Shown here piece by piece: positions 1 to 8,719 of a stretch of 64,000 nt of DNA; the first letter of the stretch is position 1, and every line of letters begins with the position of its first letter. The translations under genes and the position numbers were made by a program. Source of the DNA: an uncultured Gammaproteobacteria bacterium (GTDB lineage: Bacteria; Patescibacteriota; Microgenomatia; Levybacterales; GWA1-39-11); contig CAZXND010000002.1 in assembly GCA_964641355.1 (NCBI GenBank), positions 70,615 to 134,614 on the forward strand. Reading direction: 5' to 3'. The notes below the pieces were generated by a model that did no database searches, was not told the DNA's origin, and saw nothing but the letters and a program-made list of their open reading frames with translations.

Positions 1-384
1 TTGGATATGTCTATCAATAGGTCTTGCACCAATTCGGCAACCCCCAGGATTTGGAATAAGTGCTTCATGCGATCTAACCAATAGAGGGGCGATAAAAATA
101 GAGGAAGTCCTCATCTTTGCTCCTATCTCAAGGGGAATTCTGTGGCTTGTAACATTCTTAACTCTTATCTTTACTGTATGATCATATAAATCGACTTCTC
201 CGCCGATCTCTTTAATAAGAGCGGTCATTTCATAAAAATCACTTATTAAAGGCACGTTCGTAAGAGTAACTTCCTCACTTGTTAAACAAGCAGCAACTAG
301 AGCCTTTAAAACCACATTTTTAGACCCAGACAAAGTGATATGTCCTGAAAGCTCTTTTCCACCATTAATTACGTATCTTTTCAT
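1..384 (-). CDS. murA: UDP-N-acetylglucosamine 1-carboxyvinyltransferase MurA, N-terminal part. The gene continues beyond the window start
   Basis: Reverse-strand translation from the ATG at 382-384 gives MKRYVINGGKELSGHITLSGSKNVVLKALVAACL...GGCRIGARPIDRHI, a typical MurA N-terminus. It begins 2 nt downstream of the murC stop. Confidence 0.8.
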   Translation of the reverse strand, partial: MKRYVINGGKELSGHITLSGSKNVVLKALVAACLTSEEVTLTNVPLISDFYEMTALIKEIGGEVDLYDHTVKIRVKNVTSHRIPLEIGAKMRTSSIFIAPLLVRSHEALIPNPGGCRIGARPIDRHIQ

Positions 385-386
385 AG

Positions 387-1850
387 CTAAATGTTATCGG
401 AATTTTTATCTACTACAAGCTTATATGCTAAGGTGTAAATATCGCCTGCACCCATGGTCAAAATGAGGGTATTACTACCTCTAAAATTCTCGATCAAGTA
501 TTCTACCATAAAATCATCATTTTTCGAAAAAGTCACGTCACGACCAAGCTTTCTGAATTCATCCATAAGCTTAGCATAAGAATAATCCTTTACCTCTTCT
601 CTTTGAGTAATATAGACTGGTGCAATTATTGTACTATCCGCCCTTCCAAAAGCTTGGGCAAAATCGCTTAAAAGTGCTTCCGTACGAGAGATACTGTGAG
701 GCTGGAAAATCACAACTATTTTCTTCTCCGGATATGCTCTTTTTACAGCATCGAGTGTAGCCTTAATCTCTTGAGGATGATGCGCATAATCATCAAAAAC
801 AAGGGTGTCGTATTTAGTTTTCCCTATCATTTCAAGCCTTCTTTTTGTACCCGAAAACTTAGACAAAGCAGTCTGAAGTTTGTCTGGATGATAGCCAAGT
901 TCAATTCCGAGAGCAATAATAGAAAGAGCATTTTGCGCATTATGAACCCCAGGAACAGAAAGAGTAAAATCACCGAATTTTATTTCACGACCCTCTACTG
1001 CAAAAAAGGAGTTAAGCCCACTTTCTCTAAAATTGGTGAAGTAATAGTCGTTTGTAGAGCTGGCACCGTATGTTATAACTGTTATATCGCTTCTTACTTT
1101 ATTTCTGAGAGACTGTAACCTTTGATCGTCACCATTAAGAAAAAGCAATCCATTCTCCTTAATTCTTTCCACAAACTTTTCAAAAACTTTTTCAACTTCG
1201 TCAATGCTCCCGTAAAAATCCGGATGGTCAAAGTCTATATTGTTAATTATGACAGCATAAGGTAATAAGTACAGGATTTTTGGAGTTTTGTCATAATTTA
1301 TCTCTGAGACATATTCATCTCCTTCAGCAATGAAGTAATTACCCTTTCCCAAATGTCCTGAAGCTCCCAATGGGAATATCTCTCCACAACCAACACTATA
1401 AGAAGGTTCTGCGCCAAGCTCAGACAAAACAGTTGCAGCCATGGCAGAAATAGTAGTTTTTCCATGAGAGCCAGCAATTGCAATCCCTTTTAAATTCTTC
1501 TTCGACAAAATAGCGCCTTCCATAAATTCTCCCAATGCTTGTCCTTGAGTCAAAACCTTTATTCCAAGATTTCGAGCCGCAATAACTTGAGGATTATCAA
1601 AACCTCTATGGGCACCTGTTGTTATCACAAGACACTTATCGATCGCTTCGCCCCTAAAGAAGTCTTCAATGTTTTTTGCTTCAAATCCTTCATCTATTTT
1701 TATTTTCGCCTCCAAAAGCTCTTTATCTGTTATAAACTTTTCATCTATGTCAGACCCTCTGACTTCCATCTTTGCTTGTGAAGCAATAATTGCCAAAGGC
1801 GCCACTCCAACACCTTTAATCCCTACAAAATAAACTTTTGAGTACATCAT
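387..1850 (-). CDS. murC: UDP-N-acetylmuramate--L-alanine ligase
   Basis: 487 aa. N-terminus VYFVGIKGVGVAPLA matches the MurC P-loop-like start. GSHGKTT Mur-ligase ATP motif. Full three-domain length. Confidence 0.85.
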   Translation of the reverse strand: MMYSKVYFVGIKGVGVAPLAIIASQAKMEVRGSDIDEKFITDKELLEAKIKIDEGFEAKNIEDFFRGEAIDKCLVITTGAHRGFDNPQVIAARNLGIKVLTQGQALGEFMEGAILSKKNLKGIAIAGSHGKTTISAMAATVLSELGAEPSYSVGCGEIFPLGASGHLGKGNYFIAEGDEYVSEINYDKTPKILYLLPYAVIINNIDFDHPDFYGSIDEVEKVFEKFVERIKENGLLFLNGDDQRLQSLRNKVRSDITVITYGASSTNDYYFTNFRESGLNSFFAVEGREIKFGDFTLSVPGVHNAQNALSIIALGIELGYHPDKLQTALSKFSGTKRRLEMIGKTKYDTLVFDDYAHHPQEIKATLDAVKRAYPEKKIVVIFQPHSISRTEALLSDFAQAFGRADSTIIAPVYITQREEVKDYSYAKLMDEFRKLGRDVTFSKNDDFMVEYLIENFRGSNTLILTMGAGDIYTLAYKLVVDKNSDNI

Positions 1851-3049
1851 TTAATTAATCCTCTTTCCTTTAATGCATCATTGATCACTTTAAATTCATC
1901 CCAGGGTTCTTCACCATTTCCTAAATTTATAGATTTTTCATGACTCTTTCCTGTCAGAAGAATAAAATCTCCTCTTTTTGCCATATTTATCGCCTTAAAA
2001 ATAGCTTCTCTCCTATTATTAATTTGCACGAGAGACGAAAAATTACTCGGAATTCCTGATTGAATATCACGATTTATATTTTCAATTTTTTCTTTTCTTG
2101 GATCTTCAGAAGTTAAGATTATTAAATCAGACCATTTACTCGATTCCTCTCCCATCATAGGTCTTTTAGTGGCATCTCGCTCTCCTGCCGAACCAAAAAC
2201 GTGTATGAGTCTGCCTTTTTTTTCTCTTGAAATTTCTGAAAGAAGCTTGGCAAAAGCATTAGGCGTGTGAGCAAAATCGACCATCACGGTAAATTCTTTC
2301 TGATACACAATTTCTTGTCTACCTGAAGGAAGGTCAAAATTTAACACCGCTTCTCTTATCTTCTTACTCTCTACACCCAGCACTTTTGAAGCTGCAACAG
2401 CGGCTAAAATATTATACTTATTAAAATCACCTATTAATTTTGACCTGAACTTAAAATTATCAGGATTAATAGTAGAGTTCTGACCAAAGCCGTAAGTCAT
2501 AAATTTTTTATTTCTGATATTTAGTATTTTATTTTTAAGGTTAATTATTTGCTTATAAGATTTGTCATCTCTATTTAAAATGCAATTCTTTGAATCTTCA
2601 AAAAGCTTCAATTTAGCTCTTAGATACTTATCATATGTTTTATGGTAGTCGAGGTGTTCATGACTAATATTTGTAATTACTCCTACTTCAAAGGAAATTA
2701 AAGCTACTCTATTTTGATCCAAGGCGTGAGAAGTAGTCTCAAGCACAACAAATTCGACCCCACGCGATCTAGCTTCAGAAAGATATCTTTGAATCTGGAT
2801 TGAGCTTGGAGTTGTAACGTGAAAACCAGTATCATATGAAGTGTTATCTATATATGCTCCAACCGTTGAAATTAGAGCTACTTTCTTCCCTGCGTGCTTT
2901 AGTATATGGTAAATAAGGCTTGAAGTTGTAGTTTTTCCATCTGTTCCTGTGACTCCTATTACTTTTAGTCTTGAGGCTGGAAATCCATATATGACTGTAG
3001 CCAGTATCGCTACGAGCAAATGATAGACATTTTTAACTTCCTGATACAT
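1847..3049 (-). CDS. murE: Mur ligase, MurE-like (UDP-MurNAc-tripeptide synthetase), lacking the usual N-terminal domain
   Basis: 400 aa. GVTGTDGKTTT P-loop occurs only about 30 aa from the start. C-terminal TSEDPRKE resembles the MurE DNPR diamino-acid selectivity motif. Sits between ftsI and murC as in dcw clusters. Confidence 0.65.
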   Translation of the reverse strand: MYQEVKNVYHLLVAILATVIYGFPASRLKVIGVTGTDGKTTTSSLIYHILKHAGKKVALISTVGAYIDNTSYDTGFHVTTPSSIQIQRYLSEARSRGVEFVVLETTSHALDQNRVALISFEVGVITNISHEHLDYHKTYDKYLRAKLKLFEDSKNCILNRDDKSYKQIINLKNKILNIRNKKFMTYGFGQNSTINPDNFKFRSKLIGDFNKYNILAAVAASKVLGVESKKIREAVLNFDLPSGRQEIVYQKEFTVMVDFAHTPNAFAKLLSEISREKKGRLIHVFGSAGERDATKRPMMGEESSKWSDLIILTSEDPRKEKIENINRDIQSGIPSNFSSLVQINNRREAIFKAINMAKRGDFILLTGKSHEKSINLGNGEEPWDEFKVINDALKERGLIK

Positions 3050-3141
3050 ATTTATGCCTAAATTTATAGGTTTATTATTATACTATAAGATAGATATAAA
3101 CTCAATTTATACTTTAGTTTAGCAATTATCATCCAATTAAC

Positions 3142-4833
3142 CTAGTATGTCGGTCGGATATTATAATAATTCAAAATTTGTCTTGCGATTGAAAAAAATA
3201 TTGGAGCTGCCGTTTCGGCTCCATAAATTGATTTTTTAGGCCTATCTACAAGAACAAGCATCGATATTTTTGGATCGTTGGCTGGAAAAAAACCGACAAA
3301 TGAGGCTATTGTTTTAGTGGGATCATAATGTCCAGCGACTGGAATTTGAGCCGTTCCTGTTTTTCCGGCGAATTTATAATCAGGTATTTTTGCCCATTTG
3401 GCCTCACCCTTTTCAACAGCATTAACCATAACCCATGTCATCACCTTAGCAGTAGACTCTTTTATTACGCGCCCTTTGGATTCAGGCTTTATTAACACTT
3501 CTTTTCCATCTTCTTTGATTATTTTTGAAACCACATAAGGCTTCATCAAATTGCCCCCATTGGCAATAGTATTCACTGCAACGATTAGCTGCATAGGAGT
3601 AATTGAAATTCCTTGGCCAAAACTCGAAGTAGCAAGATCTATCGGATACCATAAATCTCTATCGCGTATCGATCCACTAATTTCACCCTGAAGGTCAATT
3701 TCTGTATTATCATTTATTCCAAAATCGGTTAAATACTTTATCATCTTGTCAATTCCCAATTTTTTAGCTACAAAGACCATACCTGTATTATCAGAATGTT
3801 GAATTACTTCGGTCATCGTCGTATTTGGATAGTATTTTTCATTCCACGTCTTAATTGAGTATTCACCGATTTTTATGGCAGCAGAGCATATATCACATTT
3901 CGTATCAGGCTTTACCAGATCCAGATCCATTCCAGAAGACATTACGAGGACTTTAAAAGTGGATCCTGGTTCGTAAAGACTTGAAATGGCGGGATTTTTA
4001 TAAGAGGAAGAGTCAAAGTCGTAATAATCTTGCGGATTGAAGTTTGGAAATGAAGCCATGGCCAAAACTTTTCCGCTAGCAGGCTCCATAATAATTACAG
4101 TTCCGCCATCAGCATCATAAGTATTTATTCCGCGAGAAAGCTCTTTCTGTGCATAATACTGTATTGTTCTATCTATATTAAGAACGATATTTCTCCCGTC
4201 TATTTTTGGCAATTGCCTAATATCATTAATTATCGTATTTCCAAGAGCATCTTTTACTACATAAAGCTTCCCATCTCGGCCTTTAAGCTGCTCATTATAA
4301 AATCCCTCAAGACCAAAATATCCCTTGTCCTCTCCGTTCTCATCTTTTCCTACAAAGCCTATTAAGTGCGCAGCCATTGACCCTTCTGGATAATACCTAT
4401 CAGTCTCCTGTTGAAATCCGATTCCTGAAAGTTTTTCATGTTCAATATTTTTCCTTGTAGCATCATCAACCTTTGAAGCAAGTCTTACCCAAAAAAGATT
4501 TTGAGAAAGTTTTGCAGAGATTGAGGACTCGGGGAGAGATAAAAGTTCGGATAGTTTTTTTGCATACTCATCTTTGTTGTTTATTAACTTCGGATTAGCG
4601 TATACTAAATAACTTATCTTATTTGTTGCTAAGGGGAAATTATCGCTTGTTAGAATATCTCCCCTTGAAGATTTTTGGATTAGTGACTCTGTGCTTTGCG
4701 CTTCACCTATCTTTTTAAGATCGGCTCCTCGCAATACCTGCCAATAGAAAAGTTTTAAAAGCACAAAGAGATACAGAAAGAGGAAAAAAACTAAGACTAT
4801 TGTAAACCTGAAATTATCCCACCGGATTGACAT
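3142..4833 (-). CDS. ftsI: Penicillin-binding protein / peptidoglycan D,D-transpeptidase FtsI (class B PBP)
   Basis: 563 aa with an N-terminal TM. STFK (SxxK), HSDN (SxN) and KTGTA (KTG) transpeptidase motifs. Canonical position after ftsL. Confidence 0.85.
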   Translation of the reverse strand: MSIRWDNFRFTIVLVFFLFLYLFVLLKLFYWQVLRGADLKKIGEAQSTESLIQKSSRGDILTSDNFPLATNKISYLVYANPKLINNKDEYAKKLSELLSLPESSISAKLSQNLFWVRLASKVDDATRKNIEHEKLSGIGFQQETDRYYPEGSMAAHLIGFVGKDENGEDKGYFGLEGFYNEQLKGRDGKLYVVKDALGNTIINDIRQLPKIDGRNIVLNIDRTIQYYAQKELSRGINTYDADGGTVIIMEPASGKVLAMASFPNFNPQDYYDFDSSSYKNPAISSLYEPGSTFKVLVMSSGMDLDLVKPDTKCDICSAAIKIGEYSIKTWNEKYYPNTTMTEVIQHSDNTGMVFVAKKLGIDKMIKYLTDFGINDNTEIDLQGEISGSIRDRDLWYPIDLATSSFGQGISITPMQLIVAVNTIANGGNLMKPYVVSKIIKEDGKEVLIKPESKGRVIKESTAKVMTWVMVNAVEKGEAKWAKIPDYKFAGKTGTAQIPVAGHYDPTKTIASFVGFFPANDPKISMLVLVDRPKKSIYGAETAAPIFFSIARQILNYYNIRPTY

Positions 4834-4835
4834 TT

Positions 4836-5159
4836 TTACCTCTGAGCAAAACTCTTGGGACCGGATAAGGAAATTGTATTTTTATTATTTTCTACAAATC
4901 CTATCTCTCCTGCCTTTGAAGCAACATAATCATAGGATGTGTATTTTAACACTTCTGTTTTAAGTAATGTATTTTTTTCAGATAGATCTTCCACTTTTGC
5001 TTTAACATTTGCTGCATAAATACTATTTGTAGATATACTATTTGATAAATGTATATTCACAATTTGAAGAACGGCAAAAAGCACTACTAAAAATGCCAAA
5101 AACAACTTCGCTTTTTTTCCTCCTGGCAATTTATTATTAGACATCTTATAAATTTTCAT
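4836..5159 (-). CDS. ftsL: Cell division protein FtsL-like (small bitopic membrane protein)
   Basis: 107 aa with a single TM followed by a coiled-coil-like segment. Located between rsmH and ftsI, the conserved FtsL position. Confidence 0.55.
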   Translation of the reverse strand: MKIYKMSNNKLPGGKKAKLFLAFLVVLFAVLQIVNIHLSNSISTNSIYAANVKAKVEDLSEKNTLLKTEVLKYTSYDYVASKAGEIGFVENNKNTISLSGPKSFAQR

Positions 5160-5162
5160 AAA

Positions 5163-6068
5163 CTACGCCTTAATCTTTTCTAAAATCCTCATTTTTGCAC
5201 TTCTTGATCTTGGGTTTTCGTAAATTTCACTATCACTTGCTACAACTGGCTTTTTTAAAAACACATATCCAGACTCTCTCATGGTGTTTTTAACAATACG
5301 ATCCTCAAGAGAATGGAATGATATAACGCACAAGATTCCTTTCTCAGAAAGCAAAGACACTGAATCTGTTAATGCTTCTTTCAGATTAGACAATTCATTA
5401 TTTACTGCAATTCTTAATGCCATAAATACTTTTGTCGCCGGATGTATCTTACCCTCACGTCTCACATTTTCCTCTATTAACGATGCGAGCTCAGTTGTCC
5501 TCTCTATTGGCTTTATTTTTCTTGCAGCATCAATTACTTCTGCGATTTTAACTGCATTTCTATCTTCCCCATATTTAGCGAAGAGAATCGAAAGCTCGTC
5601 TTTTGTCCAATTATTCACAATTGATAATGCTGAAAGGTCTGATTTTTTATTCATTCTCATATCAAGAATCTCGTCCTTTTTAAAACTGAATCCACGTCCC
5701 GATTGGTCAATTTGATAAGAAGAAAGTCCAAGATCAAATAAAATCCCGTCTACTTTCTCAAATCCAAATCTTGCCGCAAGCCCTTTTATGTCCGAGAAGT
5801 TTCCAAGAGCCAAAGTTAAATTCTTTTCCCCGAAAAACTTTTTCTGTACAAAACTTATCGCGTCTTCATCTTGATCAATACCAAGCACTATTCCACCCCG
5901 CTCAATTATTTCCTTTGTATGACCTCCTCCTCCGATGGTTGCATCTATGTATTTTCCCCCAGGCTTTATTTTGAGTGCTTCTATTGCCTCATTTTTAAGA
6001 ACACTTATGTGAGAAAAGTCATTTTGATTCATTTGAGAGAGATTACTTTGAGTCATCGAGCTTTTCAA
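5163..6068 (-). CDS. rsmH: 16S rRNA (cytosine1402-N4)-methyltransferase RsmH (MraW)
   Basis: 301 aa. HISVLKNEAI...YIDATIGGGGHT is the RsmH SAM-binding N-terminus. Follows mraZ. Confidence 0.9.
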   Translation of the reverse strand: MKSSMTQSNLSQMNQNDFSHISVLKNEAIEALKIKPGGKYIDATIGGGGHTKEIIERGGIVLGIDQDEDAISFVQKKFFGEKNLTLALGNFSDIKGLAARFGFEKVDGILFDLGLSSYQIDQSGRGFSFKKDEILDMRMNKKSDLSALSIVNNWTKDELSILFAKYGEDRNAVKIAEVIDAARKIKPIERTTELASLIEENVRREGKIHPATKVFMALRIAVNNELSNLKEALTDSVSLLSEKGILCVISFHSLEDRIVKNTMRESGYVFLKKPVVASDSEIYENPRSRSAKMRILEKIKA

Positions 6069-6483
6069 TCAATTTTTCTGCAACTTCTGCGATGTTTTTT
6101 CTATTTTCTTCTTCATACTTCCTCCACGCTTCTAAATTCCAAACTTCAACATAAGTTTCTTGACCTACAAATACAACCTCTTCTCCCACGCGTGAATAGT
6201 CTCTTAGATACTCAGGTAATACAAATCTTCCCTGTCTATCAAGCTCGGCAAGCGTCGCTCCTCCAAGTAAAAATCGTCTGATATCTCGTGTTTCACTTAA
6301 TAAAAATGGTTTACCCTCAGTCCCTGTGAGTAGCGACCTCCAATTTTTCTCGGACACAACTATCAAAGAGCCTTCGAATCCGTAAGTTACGACGAGTTTA
6401 TCGCCTAATTCCTCACGAAATCTTTTCGGAAATGCAATTCGTGCTTTTTCTCCAACTTTTACTTTGAATTGACCAATTAACAT
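6043..6483 (-). CDS. mraZ: Transcriptional regulator MraZ
   Basis: 146 aa, two-repeat MraZ fold. N-terminus MLIGQFKVKVGEKARIAFPKRFRE resembles the MraZ DXXXR-containing start. First gene of the dcw cluster. Confidence 0.85.
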   Translation of the reverse strand: MLIGQFKVKVGEKARIAFPKRFREELGDKLVVTYGFEGSLIVVSEKNWRSLLTGTEGKPFLLSETRDIRRFLLGGATLAELDRQGRFVLPEYLRDYSRVGEEVVFVGQETYVEVWNLEAWRKYEEENRKNIAEVAEKLIEKLDDSK

Positions 6484-6530
6484 AAGAAGTATTTCTACAA
6501 ACTAACAAGTGAACATTTCTATTTAAATAA

Positions 6531-6569
6531 TTATAAACCATATTCACCATAATTCACCACTTTTCACCA
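6531..6569 (-). promoter_or_regulatory. Predicted mraZ promoter -10 (TATAAT on minus strand at 6536..6531) with three 10-bp-spaced direct repeats TGGTGAA (minus strand; TTCACCA on plus at 6543-6549, 6553-6559, 6563-6569). Candidate MraZ operator.
   Basis: Exact heptamer repeated 3 times with 10-bp periodicity, 60-85 bp upstream of the mraZ ATG and adjacent to a perfect TATAAT. MraZ operators in other bacteria are series of short direct repeats at about 10-bp spacing overlapping Pmra. Confidence 0.45.
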
Positions 6570-6713
6570 ATATTTAATTATTTTGATTCATTTTGAATCT
6601 GTTGTCAAGGGGTAAGATGCAGAAAAAACCAAGCATTTAACAACTTTATGGATTGAGATTTTACAATACACTAAATGTAGTAAAAATGATTAGAAAAAAA
6701 GAATCAGAGGAAA

Positions 6714-7208
6714 TTATTCAAGAGAGATTTTTTCAGTTACGGTTCCGATTTCTCCATTTGTATAGGTGACCTTAAGAACAACAGTTATATCTGAAGTAAC
6801 TTTGTCGTACTTACAAACATTTGCACTACATGTTCCAAGTAGGATTTCTCGAGTCACGCTTGACTCACCTGACTTTACTTGAATTGGACTTGCAACAACT
6901 CCGCGAGGAACATCACCTTCACCGCCAGCTTCCGGATCGGTATTTTCTGCATTGTAATTAACTTCGTACTCAATCGTAGAAATACCTGAAAGCTTGTTGA
7001 TTGTCATAATAACCGCTCTATTATCCGCGCGAGGCTTGAGTGATAATCCTATGTCGCTTGCTGAAATCTCCTTTACCTGTTGTTCTTCTTCTTGAGTTGG
7101 TTGCTCAGTGCCAGAGTTTCTTCCAAGAATAAAATATGCTCCACCACCAACTATAAGAATTAAAACTACTACTAGAATGAGGACTGTCTTATTTTTAAAG
7201 AAATTCAT
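6714..7208 (-). CDS. Hypothetical membrane-anchored/secreted protein
   Basis: 164 aa. N-terminal TM (VLILVVVLILIVGGGAYFIL), then an acidic linker and a beta-rich C-terminal domain. No recognisable family. Confidence 0.4.
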   Translation of the reverse strand: MNFFKNKTVLILVVVLILIVGGGAYFILGRNSGTEQPTQEEEQQVKEISASDIGLSLKPRADNRAVIMTINKLSGISTIEYEVNYNAENTDPEAGGEGDVPRGVVASPIQVKSGESSVTREILLGTCSANVCKYDKVTSDITVVLKVTYTNGEIGTVTEKISLE

Positions 7209-7252
7209 TTATGAAATAAGAATATAATAACCAAATTGAGAATGTCAATATA

Positions 7253-8566
7253 TCAAGAGATTTTTTCTTGAATATATTTAGAGAGTTCACTTATCTTCAT
7301 TCTCTCTTGAGTAGCTGTATCGCGATCCCTAACTGTAACTGTCTCATTTTCCAAAGTCTCATAATCTATTGTTATACAGTACGGCGTACCAATTTCGTCT
7401 TGAGCAAAATAACGCTTTCCAATATTTCCTCGACCATCGAATACAACAGGAAGAATATTGTCATGCTTAAGCATGGAATATACTTCTTTCGCCTTTCCCA
7501 TAATTTCTTCTTTATTAGCTACAAGAGGGAAAACGGCGGCCTTATACGGAGCCACTTTTGGAGATAATTGAAGAAAAACACGACCCGCATCTTCTCTATA
7601 TGAATCGAATAAGAGGAATAGCAATGTTCTATCAACTCCACAAGAAGTCTCGATGTCCCATGGAATATATGACTCACCTAAATCCTGATCACGATAAGTA
7701 AGGTCAACTCCAGAGTATTCCTGATGACGTCTTAAATCCCAGTCACTTCTATTATGAATTCCGGCAAGCTCCGACCAACCCCAAGGAGAATTATATTCTA
7801 TATCTGTTGCAGCCTTTGCATAGTGTGCGCGCTCATCTTCTTCGTGATCTCTAAATCTAAGACTTTCCTCTTTAAACCCAAGGGCTAAAAACCAGTCCAT
7901 TCTCATCTTTTTCCAATAATCAAACCACTTTTCCCCTTCTTTCTCCTCCGGTTTTATATAAAATTGCAATTCCATTTGCTCGAATTCCCGTGACCTGAAA
8001 GTAAAATTACCAGGAGTAATTTCGTTTCTAAAGGCTTTTCCGATTTGCGCAATTCCGAAAGGAATTTTTACTCGATTAGAATCAACAACGTTTTTAAAAT
8101 TAACATGAACTCCATTGGTAATTTCCCCACGAAGAAAAATTTCAGATTGCTCTCCTTCAATTACCCCAAGATAAGATTTTACCAAAAGATTAAATTCACG
8201 AGGACTTGTCCATTCAACTATCTCATCTTTGTGCTCTTGGGCATGTTGAGTTATTTCTTCTTTCTTGTCGGCACGAAATCTCTTGTGACATACCTTACAC
8301 TCAATTAGAGGATCTGTGAACGCTTCAAGATGTCCTGAAGCTTCCCATGCACGAGGATTCATCATAATTGCAGCGTCTACTCCTACCACATCCTCACGCT
8401 CATATACTACCGACTTCCAAAATTCTCGCTTGATATTATTTTTGAGCTCGACTCCTACAGGTCCATAATCCCAAGTACCAGCAAGACCTCCATAGATTTC
8501 TGATCCTTGATAGATAAAGCCTCTTCTTTTTGCTAGAGCTGCAACCTTTGCTACTAAATCATCCAT
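7253..8566 (-). CDS. glyQS: Glycine--tRNA ligase, dimeric (alpha2) type
   Basis: 437 aa. Class II aaRS with N-terminus RRGFIYQGSEIYGGLAGTWDYGPVGVELKNNI, typical of GlyQS-type GlyRS, and a C-terminal anticodon-binding domain. Confidence 0.85.
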   Translation of the reverse strand: MDDLVAKVAALAKRRGFIYQGSEIYGGLAGTWDYGPVGVELKNNIKREFWKSVVYEREDVVGVDAAIMMNPRAWEASGHLEAFTDPLIECKVCHKRFRADKKEEITQHAQEHKDEIVEWTSPREFNLLVKSYLGVIEGEQSEIFLRGEITNGVHVNFKNVVDSNRVKIPFGIAQIGKAFRNEITPGNFTFRSREFEQMELQFYIKPEEKEGEKWFDYWKKMRMDWFLALGFKEESLRFRDHEEDERAHYAKAATDIEYNSPWGWSELAGIHNRSDWDLRRHQEYSGVDLTYRDQDLGESYIPWDIETSCGVDRTLLFLLFDSYREDAGRVFLQLSPKVAPYKAAVFPLVANKEEIMGKAKEVYSMLKHDNILPVVFDGRGNIGKRYFAQDEIGTPYCITIDYETLENETVTVRDRDTATQERMKISELSKYIQEKIS

Positions 8567-8662
8567 GAGGGTAGTATACCAAAAGAAGAATTGAAGGTTA
8601 ATAACCTATCTTAAAATGAAATCCTATCAATGTCCAACATTATACAAAATACGACATGTCTG

Positions 8663-8691
8663 TTGAAATAGCCACAACGGAAGAGTAATAT
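8663..8691 (+). promoter_or_regulatory. Sigma70-like promoter for the OLD-family gene: TTGAAA-17 nt-TAATAT
   Basis: TTGAAA at 8663-8668, 17-nt spacer, TAATAT at 8686-8691, about 29 nt upstream of the ATG at 8720. Lies in a divergent intergenic region shared with glyQS. Confidence 0.4.
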
Positions 8692-8719
8692 TGTCTTGCG
8701 TAATTGAAGCAAATCAAAA

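Noticed and set aside
696-1118. 140-aa plus-strand ORF antisense to murC. Many similar antisense ORFs occur, for example 5281..5715, 5871..6281, 28446..28793, 48781..49179 and 50339..50665.
   Set aside because: Each lies entirely inside a well-supported gene on the opposite strand and has a biased, motif-free composition. These are shadow ORFs.
6484-6713. Looked for a TTGACA -35 element for mraZ at the standard spacing from the TATAAT at 6536..6531
   Set aside because: The only TTGACA (minus strand, 6609..6604) is about 67 nt upstream of the -10, too far to pair with it. The promoter call therefore rests on the -10 alone, and the MraZ repeats occupy the -35 region.
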